DNA of 34,043 nt from an uncultured cyanobacterium (GTDB lineage Bacteria > Cyanobacteriota > Cyanobacteriia > Cyanobacteriales > Microcystaceae), in the NCBI GenBank assembly GCA_963807635.1, contig CAWEDJ010000081.1, positions 1 to 34,043 on the forward strand, given 5' to 3'. Positions 21,034 to 30,209 of this stretch are shown here, piece by piece. Positions within the stretch are counted from its first letter, which is position 1, and every line of letters starts with the position of its first letter. The notes below the pieces were generated by a model. The model did not search any database. It worked only from the letters and a program-made list of their open reading frames with translations, and was not told the origin of the DNA. The position numbers and the translations under genes are program-made.

Positions 21034-21155
21034 GTAGGGACATAATATATTGTAGCGGTATTCATACAAGTGATGTTTGCTCAAAGCTCAATTAACAAGG
21101 GGCTTAAGCCCCTTGCCCACACCTCAACTGCACACCGCTATATGTCCTTTTCTAC
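21034..21155. mobile_element. MITE-like element nested in a GTAG-type REP
   Basis: Terminal TAGCGGT (21053) / ACCGCTA (21134-21140); perfect internal palindrome CAAGGGGCTTAAGCCCCTTG (21096-21115); flanked by GTAGGGACATA...TATGTCC. Confidence 0.6.
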
Positions 21156-21242
21156 TCCGATTATCTTCTTTTCTAGTCCTAACAAAGGATAATTAAAAAC
21201 ATCAAGGATGATGAATAAAATAACGTTCATCCAATTTTTATA

Positions 21243-21883
21243 ATGAGTGTTGAATTACGCAGTTACGTCTATCTGGATAATCTTCAAGCCCAACACGCGG
21301 CCTATATTGGGACGGTGGCTGTCGGATTTTTACCTGTGCCTGGCGATACCTCCCTCTGGATTGAAGTGTCCCCTGGGATTGAAATTAATCGCATTACCGA
21401 TATTGCCCTAAAAGCGGCGGTCGTGCGTCCAGGGGTTCTCTTTGTCGAACGGCTCTATGGACTGTTAGAAATTCATGCCAGTAATCAGGGGGAAGTGCGG
21501 GCGGCGGCCAAGCGATTTTGAATCACTTAGGGGTGCGTTCCCAGGAAAGTATTAAGCCCCAGGTGGTTTCTAGCCAAATTATTCGGAATATTGATCCCTA
21601 CCAAGCCCAGTTGATTAACCGTAGTCGTCGGGGACAAATGCTATTGGCGGGACAAACCTTATTTGTGTTAGAAGTGCAACCTGCGGCCTATGCAGCTCTG
21701 GCGGCTAATGAAGCGGAAAAAGCGGCTTCGATCAATATTTTACAGGTGAGTGCGATCGGCAGTTTTGGTCGTCTGTATTTAGGAGGGCAAGAACAGGATA
21801 TTATGGCAGGTTCTAATGCTGCTCTGAAGGCGATCGCCAATGTTCAGGGACGTTCTCCGATGAAGTTATTAAAACATGAATAG
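21243..21883 (+). CDS. ccmP: Carboxysome tandem-BMC shell protein CcmP (frameshift near 21507)
   Basis: [70 protein letters not shown]. Confidence 0.9.
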
Positions 21884-21902
21884 TGGGTAGTTAAAATTCA
21901 AA

Positions 21903-22573
21903 ATGGAGAGCATAAAATCCCAGGAAATCTTAAAACTATCGGGGGTCAGTCTAACGGATGAAAATGGGTTTGAAACGATCTTAGATAATATTTCTTTTAA
22001 TCTTAATCAAGGCGATCGCGTTGGAATTATGGGCTTTCGGGAGCAGGAAAAACCTCTTTATTGCGATTGCTCAATCGTTTAGTAGAACCTAGTCAGGGAG
22101 ACATTTTTTTTGAAGGTCAAGCTTTTTCTGGAATTCCTGTTTTACACCTACGTCGTCAAATAGTTCTCGTACCCCAGGAACCCAAACTGTTAGGAATGAC
22201 TGTCAAAAATTCTCTAGTCTATCCTCTCCAATTACAACAAATCAAAATAGGTGAAATCCAGTCTCGCATTGATCAATATTGCCAAAAATTAGGTATTCCT
22301 GATGAGTGGTTAGAGCGTAACGAATTGCAACTTTCTTTGGGTCAACGCCAACTGGTGACGATCGCAAGAGGATTAATGATGCAGCCTAAAATTTTACTTT
22401 TAGACGAACCGACTTCCGCCTTGGATGCCGACAAATCCGATCACCTTATTAACATCTTGATTGAATTAAGTGAGACTCAGAATTTAACAATTATCATGGT
22501 AAACCATCAGCAAAGATTAATTGATCAATTTTCCTCTCAAGTTTTATTTTTATCGAAAGGTCAACTAATTTAA
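21903..22573 (+). CDS. ABC transporter ATP-binding protein (FetA/YbbL-like; frameshift near 22034)
   Basis: Walker A G[L]SGAGKT split by an indel; LSLGQRQ signature; LLLDEPTSALD; H-loop. Confidence 0.85.
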
Positions 22574-22746
22574 CTCAACATAAAAGTTTTTCAATAGATG
22601 AAAACTATCACATTTTAATTAATCATCAACAAGAAAAAAATTGATGTATCAGATTGTTACAATTTTGACGACCTGTCTTTTGACTTGTAAAGATGTATAA
22701 GAAATAATTCTAATAGTCTTTTCTCAAATATTTTGCCATATCATCT

Positions 22747-23685
22747 ATGTTGACCAGCCTTGTTCGCCCGATTATTACCCCTCTCATGGGACTTTCTGTT
22801 GTGGGTTTATCCATTTTAACTGTCCCTCAAATTTCTCTTGCTCAAACAGCAGGTCATTCCAGTCACCATCATTTGATGATTGGCAGGGATAATTTACAAA
22901 CCTTAACGTCAGGAACCTACGCTGGATTAGCTAATCCTAACTATAATCGTTTATCACTCTTATTTCCCCATTTACACGATCCCGTTTCAACCAGTGGACT
23001 TCACGCGATCGGTATTTATAGCTACACTGGCCCTGCCATTAATGCCACCATTATTCCCACTAACACAAATAATCAATTGCCCGAAATAGGCAAGGCCCCC
23101 GCCCTTTCCCTTACGCCTGGTACAGGAGTTTTTACCAATAAAATGGTGAGTGGAAAAACAGAAGACAATATGTATTCCGACCTAAAAATGAAACCCTTAG
23201 ACCATCTTACAGATGATTTAGCCGAGCCATTTGTTCACGCAATTTATAATGCAGGTAATGGTCGTTGGAATGATTTATTAGGTGATGATGCTTCAATTTC
23301 TATCGAATTAGTTGCAGTTAGTCCTGGTCTGGGAATTGCCAACGAACAAGGACAAGATTTATTTAATGCGGTTGGAGATACTTATCTGATTGGTCAAGGC
23401 GATCACTTTAGTTTTACGCCTATTTTTTATGCTTCTCCTTCAACAAGCGATCAAAATTATTCTGCTAGTTTCAGACTTCTAGATACTAATACCAGTAATA
23501 ATCGGACTCCCTGGCTCTCCTCTGGAACATTTTCAATTAATGTCCAAGCCAAGGCTGTTCCTGAAGGTTCTAATTTTCTGGGGGGTTTAACTTTCTTAGG
23601 AATAATGGGATTTTTTCGCTATTACAAGAACATAAAAAAATCAAAATTGATCGCTAAGAACGAAGATTTAGAATATTTGACATGA
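22747..23685 (+). CDS. PEP-CTERM surface protein, all3515-like (Zur-repressed family)
   Basis: Signal peptide, HSSHHH, SGTYAGLANPNYNRL.LL..H, HAIG.YSY.G motifs recalled from the all3515 family; C-terminal VPEG + TM helix + basic tail. Confidence 0.75.
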   Translation: MLTSLVRPIITPLMGLSVVGLSILTVPQISLAQTAGHSSHHHLMIGRDNLQTLTSGTYAGLANPNYNRLSLLFPHLHDPVSTSGLHAIGIYSYTGPAINATIIPTNTNNQLPEIGKAPALSLTPGTGVFTNKMVSGKTEDNMYSDLKMKPLDHLTDDLAEPFVHAIYNAGNGRWNDLLGDDASISIELVAVSPGLGIANEQGQDLFNAVGDTYLIGQGDHFSFTPIFYASPSTSDQNYSASFRLLDTNTSNNRTPWLSSGTFSINVQAKAVPEGSNFLGGLTFLGIMGFFRYYKNIKKSKLIAKNEDLEYLT

Positions 23686-23737
23686 AAAATTGTCAAGATT
23701 ATCTTAATTGTTTTTCTAGTATCATCACCGTCAGGGC

Positions 23738-24319
23738 TTGATAAAATTGAAAAAAACGATTATTTTTATGTCAATATTTTTAGCCATCTATATAATCATC
23801 GTTATTTTATTTAGCTGGCTATTTCCTCGCTTTTTAAGCAATGCTTTAGGCTTTTTAGCTTTATTGAGTTATCTCTTGACCTTGTTTCCTTCTTTGTTGA
23901 GGAAATTATTTAACATTAGAAATAATTTATTCAATAATTGGTTGTTAAAAAATCGTCGTTATATAGGTGTATCTAGTTTTGGTTTTGCTGTCAATCATAT
24001 AGTTGTAAGTATTAATATTAACGATTTACTTGATGTCAGTAAATACGCTCATTACCGTATCGGGCTATTGTTAATATTTATTTTGGGATTACTCACTTTT
24101 ACTTCTAATGATTGGATCGTAAAAAAATTAAAAAAAGATTGGAAGAAATTGCACCAACTCACCTATTTAATAGTTTTATTATTACCGTTACATATTCTAG
24201 ATAAAATGTCTGGAAAATTCAACTATTTTACATATATAGAAATGATCACTACAATTGGAATAGGAATTCTATCTGCTTGTAGATTATTTCTTAAATATAA
24301 ACAAACTAATTTCTTTTAA
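23738..24319 (+). CDS. Ferric-reductase-like transmembrane protein (MsrQ/YedZ-like)
   Basis: RRYIGV..F.....H, LTFTSND....KL...WKKLHQLTY......LH heme-ligating pattern; about 6 TM helices; very AT-rich. Confidence 0.8.
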   Translation: MIKLKKTIIFMSIFLAIYIIIVILFSWLFPRFLSNALGFLALLSYLLTLFPSLLRKLFNIRNNLFNNWLLKNRRYIGVSSFGFAVNHIVVSININDLLDVSKYAHYRIGLLLIFILGLLTFTSNDWIVKKLKKDWKKLHQLTYLIVLLLPLHILDKMSGKFNYFTYIEMITTIGIGILSACRLFLKYKQTNFF

Positions 24320-24366
24320 TTTTAGAATTCGACTCAAGTTATATTAAAATAGTGAATTTATCGTCA

Positions 24367-24681
24367 TTATTCCATTTCAGCAATATAAGCTTTGCGAGTT
24401 TTGCGATTAAATAAACATAAAACCTGAGTCGCCTTATTTTTCATGTGGGGTTGGGGATAACGCCCTTTTATGATCAGACCATCGTAACCAACATCATCCC
24501 CAAATAAAATGATTTTACCGACGGGATTTGCGTCCTTAAGTCCACTACTTTGACGACATTTGGCGATCGCTTCTTTATTGTGTTGTTCCCAAGCTTGAGG
24601 CGATGAAGCGGCTAATTTTAAAGCAGTAATATTTGAGCCAATCACAATCAACAGACCTAATTTAAAAATAGATTTAAACAT
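24367..24681 (-). CDS. Small secreted hypothetical protein with two Cys
   Basis: Signal peptide followed by ASSPQAW...C...YPQPHM...LCLF. Confidence 0.65.
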   Translation of the reverse strand: MFKSIFKLGLLIVIGSNITALKLAASSPQAWEQHNKEAIAKCRQSSGLKDANPVGKIILFGDDVGYDGLIIKGRYPQPHMKNKATQVLCLFNRKTRKAYIAEME

Positions 24682-24746
24682 TTTTAAAAATCCTTATTAA
24701 GGTGTAGATACGGAATAAAATCTAGGAAAATTTTCTGTCTATTTTT

Positions 24747-25416
24747 TTAATCAACTTCATTTGGTAAAGATAGCTTTTCAACGAAGGTTTTAGTAATACT
24801 GGTTTCTGCCCTGGTATAAACATAGGTTTCAGGTTCAGTCATTTTTTGTGTTTTAAATATTTTGCTCGCTCTTTCCCAAAAATCCGTATCTTCTCCATAG
24901 GCAATATTATTAAAACCGCCTAATTCAAAAAATACTTTTCGTTTTCCTAAAAAGCAGGCCAAGGACACATTCCCGTAAATTAATCGTTTTTCCTGCTTGG
25001 AAATAATCAGCAACCAAGACTTCTTCTTCACTAAAAAATCCTCCTTCAATCAGATCAATTTCTGGATGGTTCTGCATGTATTGCCAACGAGATTCTAGGT
25101 GATTAATTTTATAGGTATCATCACTATCAATAAAAGTGATATATTTCCCAAAAGAAGCTTGGATACCCGCATTTTTAGAGAGTCCTAATTTTCGATTTTG
25201 ATGCTTTAGATAACGGATATTATTAAATTTTTGGATATAAGGTTGAATCACGTCAAAACTATTATCTTCACTGCCGTCGTCAACGATCACCAGTTCCCAA
25301 TTTTCAAAGGTCTGATGAATAACACTATTAATACAATCATTGAGATATTTAGCGCGATTGTAGGTACATAAAATAACACTAATTTCTGGCTGGATATTAA
25401 AAGTAATAGGACTCAT
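24747..25416 (-). CDS. Family 2 glycosyltransferase (frameshift near 24958)
   Basis: ISVILCTYNR, VDDGS.D, FIDSDD, GGF...YGEDTDFW. Confidence 0.88.
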
Positions 25417-25440
25417 AAAAATTTAAGATTTGATATGACT

Positions 25441-26557
25441 TTATTTTTGGGCAACCATACAAGTGGCAACGGGATAATTGGGATGGAAAGCATCTAATTC
25501 TGCTTGAGTTAGTTCTTCTGTCGCAATTCCTTGATATCCTGCGATCGCGGTAATGGGATTTCCATAAACATATAATTGTTGTTGGGAAAAGTTACGAAAA
25601 ATATAGACAAAAGCATCGGGTAAGGGTCGCCAATAATCCTGGGGTGTGGCATGAACGCGAATGGCACTGGGAACCATTGCAAAACATTTACCGCCATGTT
25701 TGAGCCATTTCCAAATATTTTCTACTGCAATCCAAGGGGCATAACAATGTTCTAAAACATTAAAGATAATAATTGAATCAAAAGATTCTGGTTCCACAAT
25801 AGAAGGATCATGGACATCACCGACAATATCAACGCCTGGCCCGCTTCTATATTAAGAATTTTATAGGATGTTCCCTGATTGACTTGATAGAAATCTTTGT
25901 CTTTGGGAGTACCACCAATCTCTAAAATATTTCCTTGAATTTGAGGATAAACCTTGTCAATAAATTGACTCAGATAATAACGATCAACAGGAGTTCCTCT
26001 TGTTAAACCAAACGCCTGACAAATGGGCATGGGCCGTTTGAGATCTCCCCAATTAATCTGGGCGATCGCAGGAGAAAGAAAACCCATTTTTTCTAAGTTT
26101 TCGACGACTTGAATAAAATCCGTAAAAGTTGCTATCGAAAATAAATCATCTTCTAGGGCAATTTTTTGAAAAAGTTGGGGTAAAACCTGATAATAATTTT
26201 GACTAAATTCCCCCAATTCAAACAGCATATCTTTTTCAATAAAACTCCGAAAACCTCTTGCAAATAGGGTGATTTTTCCCTCCCCCAATTGAATAATTCC
26301 CTCGGTGAGAAATTGTTGATATTTTTCTAATTCTTCGTTTTTTTTAATGAATAGAGAATCATTTCTAATCTGCTGAAATAATTGATAAGCTTTTTCTAAA
26401 GAATGCTCATAGACAAAAATCTCTAAAAGGATCAACCAAGATTTTTGAGGAATTAAATCGGCTCTTTTTGACTCCAGGCAAAAATGCCGTATAAATTAGC
26501 ATTTTCTATTTTTAAAAAAGCGTTACTGACGTAAGTTTTGGCTAGGCTGTTAGCCAT
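25441..26557 (-). CDS. Class I SAM-dependent methyltransferase with a long N-terminal extension (frameshifts near 26465 and 25839)
   Basis: ATG at 26557 with AGGA RBS (MANSLAKTYVSNAF...); WGDLKR..P....FG..RGTPVDRYY, ILEIGG, FD.II..NVLEH, P.DYWR. Confidence 0.75.
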
Positions 26558-26579
26558 AATAAATTTCCTAAACGGTTGG

Positions 26580-28112
26580 TTAAATAACTGGATCTCTTAA
26601 CCTATCACGATTACTGCTCAAGGAGTGATTCAGAGAATTTTTAAGGTTCGGTCGCATTTGCCGACTAAAACTGTCATTCTCTATCCATTTTTCAGCATCA
26701 AGACCGACACGAATGGTTAAATCCGAACCCAAATCTCCCGTAGAAGAGGCCTCTACCTGACCAAATCCCAATAGCTTCTGGAGTGATCGCGCCGCTCGGA
26801 GGTCTCCCTGTTGGGCAATAATTTCAGTTTTTCCTAAAAATTGATTGGTATCTTCAATAGTGTAAACATTACGAAAATTTTGCTGACGGAGATATTTCCG
26901 CATCCGTTCGACCATTTCAGGATTTTCCGTTGAGTTCTGGATAGCAATGCGTAACCGCTCAAAGGAACGATAAGCTTGATCCTGGGCTTCTTGTTCAACG
27001 CCAAAGTATTGATCCATTACGCGATCGCGACCCCGTTCAGACAAAATCCAAAAACTGCGCCCTTCAAACTCCTCTGGTTGACTAAAACGCCCTGGTAGCA
27101 TCACCATCTGAATCTGTTCCTTGGTCAACTGTCGTCCAAAATTCGCCAAAGCAAGAATTTCTTCCATACTTAGATTGGTATCAATAGATTTTTGAAGAAT
27201 GCCGATCGCTTGGGGAATCCGAGGAATAATTGTGGGATTATTCACTCGATGTTGTAACGCTTTCAACAAAATTTCTTGACGTTGGACGCGACCAATATCT
27301 CCAATTGCATCTTTCCGAAAACGAGCAAATTGTTCTGCCTGATTCCCATCAAGAATCTGCAAACCCTGTTCTAGGTTAATATCCAAATTTTGGGTTTTAT
27401 CTTGGTAGTGCATAGGTTTAGGGACAAAAACCTCAACCCCACCCACAAGATCGACTAATTCCCGAAAAGCATCCGTTGTCACCCGCACATATCGGTCGAT
27501 GGAAACATTATTCAAGGTTGTACTCGTCACCTTAGCCGCCAGAGCAGGGCCACCACGAGCATTGGCATCATTAATTTTCGTATAGCCGACATCGGGAATC
27601 TCTACCCTGGTATCGCGGGGAATAGACAACATACGGATAGAATTGTCTGTCGGATCAAACCGCAGCAGTAGCATTGTGTCACTACGCCCTGAAAAAGCTT
27701 CTAAACTCCCTGGGGGCGCATCCAAAACCCGATCAATCCCCATCACCAAAATATTCACAGGCCGAGCAAGATTGTAGGGCAGAAGGCTATTCCAACGACT
27801 GTCTTGGGATAACATGGTTTTCTTGCCACCAGGTAATTGCGTGGTCTGGGTAAAGGCAAATTTTCCTAAAGACAAGTCGGGAGATAGAACCGCAAGAGCG
27901 ACCCCTGCCGCTCCTGAGGCTAAGGCCGTAAAACCAAAAGCCACGCCCCACATTAGTCCTTTCAAAATCGGCGATCGCAACTTAGAACGGGGAGATTTCA
28001 ACGAAGTCCTACCCGACGCTCTACCCCTTTGAGTCGGCAGTGTGGGCTGTCCAGTGGGTCGAGCGGTTACAGAAATTCTTGACTTAAGGGGAAACGGTTC
28101 AATACTAGTCAT
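26580..28112 (-). CDS. LCP (LytR-CpsA-Psr) family protein with LytR C-terminal domain
   Basis: N-terminal TM helix, NILVMGID, RSDTMLL, SIPRDT, KINDA, FARFR.D..GDIGRVQRQ. Confidence 0.93.
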   Translation of the reverse strand: MTSIEPFPLKSRISVTARPTGQPTLPTQRGRASGRTSLKSPRSKLRSPILKGLMWGVAFGFTALASGAAGVALAVLSPDLSLGKFAFTQTTQLPGGKKTMLSQDSRWNSLLPYNLARPVNILVMGIDRVLDAPPGSLEAFSGRSDTMLLLRFDPTDNSIRMLSIPRDTRVEIPDVGYTKINDANARGGPALAAKVTSTTLNNVSIDRYVRVTTDAFRELVDLVGGVEVFVPKPMHYQDKTQNLDINLEQGLQILDGNQAEQFARFRKDAIGDIGRVQRQEILLKALQHRVNNPTIIPRIPQAIGILQKSIDTNLSMEEILALANFGRQLTKEQIQMVMLPGRFSQPEEFEGRSFWILSERGRDRVMDQYFGVEQEAQDQAYRSFERLRIAIQNSTENPEMVERMRKYLRQQNFRNVYTIEDTNQFLGKTEIIAQQGDLRAARSLQKLLGFGQVEASSTGDLGSDLTIRVGLDAEKWIENDSFSRQMRPNLKNSLNHSLSSNRDRLRDPVI

Positions 28113-28255
28113 ACTCTACCTCAGCACCACTCACTACCAAAATAATTGACGGGGATAATTCCTCTAATACGAGACCTATCCTAGCGTAAAAGTTCCCATT
28201 TTTTATGGGTTTGCTCGATTTGTTGAAGGGAAAGCGAAAAATTCTCCCTAATCCC

Positions 28256-28282
28256 AAAAGCACCCCCATTAAGAGAGTGCTT
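28256..28282 (-). terminator. psbA intrinsic terminator
   Basis: Minus-strand hairpin AAGCACTCTC-TTAAT-GGGGGTGCTT followed by TT, about 35 bp after the psbA stop. Confidence 0.65.
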
Positions 28283-28315
28283 CTGGTTAAAACAGATTGT
28301 CAGCTAGTTAAAGAA

Positions 28316-29398
28316 TTAACCGTGAATCGCAGGAGCGGTCAAAGCAACAGGAGCTTGTTCGCCAGAGGCTAAATCGAGGGGGAAGTTGTGAGCATTACGT
28401 TCGTGCATTACTTCAAAACCGATGTTAGCGCGGTTCAATACATCCGCCCATGTTCCGATTACACGACCTTGCGAGTCAAGAATGGATTGGTTGAAGTTGA
28501 ATCCGTTCAAGTTGAACGCCATCGTGCTTACACCCATTGCGGTGAACCAGATGCCGATGACAGGCCATGCTCCTAAGAAGAAGTGTAAGGAACGGCTGTT
28601 GTTGAAGGAAGCGTATTGGAAGATCAAGCGACCGAAGTAGCCGTGAGCTGCAACGATATTGTAGGTTTCTTCTTCTTGTCCGAATTTGTAACCGTAGTTC
28701 TGGGATTCGACTTCAGTTGTTTCACGAACCAAGCTGGAGGTAACTAAGGAACCGTGCATAGCGGAGAACAAGGAACCACCGAAGACACCAGCTACTCCCA
28801 ACATATGGAAGGGGTGCATCAAGATGTTATGTTCTGCTTGGAAAACGATCATGAAGTTGAAGGTTCCAGAAATTCCTAAGGGCATACCGTCAGAGAAGGA
28901 ACCTTGTCCGATGGGGTAGATTAGAAAAACGGCGGTGGCGGCGGAAACGGGTGCTGAGTAAGCAACACAGATCCAAGGACGCATTCCTAAGCGATAGGAA
29001 AGTTCCCACTGACGACCCAAGTAACAGAAGATTCCGATTAAGAAATGGAATACAACTAATTGGTAAGGGCCACCGTTGTATAACCACTCATCTAAGGAAG
29101 CTGCTTCCCAGATGGGGTAGAAGTGAAGACCGATCGCGTTGGAGCTAGGAACAACGGCACCTGAGATGATGTTGTTTCCGTAGAGTAAGGAACCTGCTAC
29201 GGGTTCACGGATTCCGTCGATGTCAACGGGGGGAGCGGCGATGAAGGCGATGATGAAGCAGGTGGTTGCAGTTAAGAGGGTAGGGATCATCAGGGTTCCG
29301 AACCAACCGACGTAGATACGGTTGTTGGTGCTGGTGATCCACTGGCAGAACTGTTCCCAAGCTGATGCGCTTTCGCGTTGCTGGAGGGTCGTGGTCAT
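28316..29398 (-). CDS. psbA: Photosystem II reaction centre D1 protein (Q130, standard form)
   Basis: Full 360-aa D1; GRQWE (Q130), G80/F158/T286 and Mn-cluster ligands intact. Confidence 0.99.
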   Translation of the reverse strand: MTTTLQQRESASAWEQFCQWITSTNNRIYVGWFGTLMIPTLLTATTCFIIAFIAAPPVDIDGIREPVAGSLLYGNNIISGAVVPSSNAIGLHFYPIWEAASLDEWLYNGGPYQLVVFHFLIGIFCYLGRQWELSYRLGMRPWICVAYSAPVSAATAVFLIYPIGQGSFSDGMPLGISGTFNFMIVFQAEHNILMHPFHMLGVAGVFGGSLFSAMHGSLVTSSLVRETTEVESQNYGYKFGQEEETYNIVAAHGYFGRLIFQYASFNNSRSLHFFLGAWPVIGIWFTAMGVSTMAFNLNGFNFNQSILDSQGRVIGTWADVLNRANIGFEVMHERNAHNFPLDLASGEQAPVALTAPAIHG

Positions 29399-29454
29399 GG
29401 ATTTATAATTCCTGTATGTATGAATGTGTCGGGATAAAAATTCCTGACTTCTCT

Positions 29455-29493
29455 ATAATAGGGTCATTACTCAGGATTGTAAAGAAACTTAAC
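29455..29493 (-). promoter_or_regulatory. psbA promoter with HLR1 (RpaB)-like direct repeat
   Basis: Minus strand GTTAAGTT-TC-TTTACAAT (HLR1-like) overlapping -35 TTTACA; 17-bp spacer; -10 TATTAT. Confidence 0.65.
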
Positions 29494-29572
29494 AATATTT
29501 ATACTTATGATTTTTATAAGTGTCACTTATTGCTCTATTCAGTAATATAGTGTAGGGTTTCTTAAAATATCT

Positions 29573-30206
29573 TCAAATCGTTTGCCGTAGATGATTTACC
29601 CAATTATGAAGATCATAACTATTTAGACGATAGGAAAGGGGGTGAGCAATGAGACGGGCCGAACTTTCAAATAAAACATCAATTTCAATTAAGCCATTTT
29701 CTTTGAGGGTGCGTCCTGTGGACACTAGGTCAACGATCGCCTCCGACATTCCTGTGATAGGGCCTGAATTCAACAGAGCCGTAGAGGGGGACAATTTCGA
29801 CGGGTAAATCCAAGTGCCGAAAATATTCCTTGGCACAGTGGACAAATTTGGAGGCGACTTTCCCATGAGGAGGCAAATCAATTGATCGCCGATAAGGACT
29901 GGCTTCTGGTACGGCGACGGAGAGACGACATTGACCAAACTTTAAATCCGCTAATTGGGCGATCGCGGGGGTCTTTTCTAGCAGAACATCATAGCCCGCA
30001 ATCCCTAAATGGGCTTGACCATATTCCACATAGACAGGAACATCGTGGGTTCTGACTAAAAGAGCCTTGGCCGTTTGGGTGGGATCGGTGATTTGCAGTT
30101 GACGATTTTTAGGATCGAGAAAAGCACTAAAATCCAAGCCAACACGCTGAAAACGCTCGATACAGTCTTTGAGCAAGCCCCCTTTGGGCAAGGCAATGGT
30201 TAACAT
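29573..30206 (-). CDS. hisG: ATP phosphoribosyltransferase, short form (frameshift near 29766)
   Basis: [23 protein letters not shown] then [25 protein letters not shown]. Confidence 0.93.
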
Positions 30207-30209
30207 GGT

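Noticed and set aside
22645..22661. TGTA-TCAGATTGT-TACA resembling an NtcA box upstream of the PEP-CTERM gene
   Set aside because: The spacer is 9 nt rather than the canonical GTA-N8-TAC.
28316..29398. Possible atypical D1 (rogue, microaerobic D1-prime, far-red or high-light E130 form)
   Set aside because: Q130, G80, F158, T286 and the Mn-cluster ligands are standard.
29573..30206. HisG lacking its C-terminal regulatory domain
   Set aside because: The short form (HisZ-dependent) is normal in cyanobacteria.
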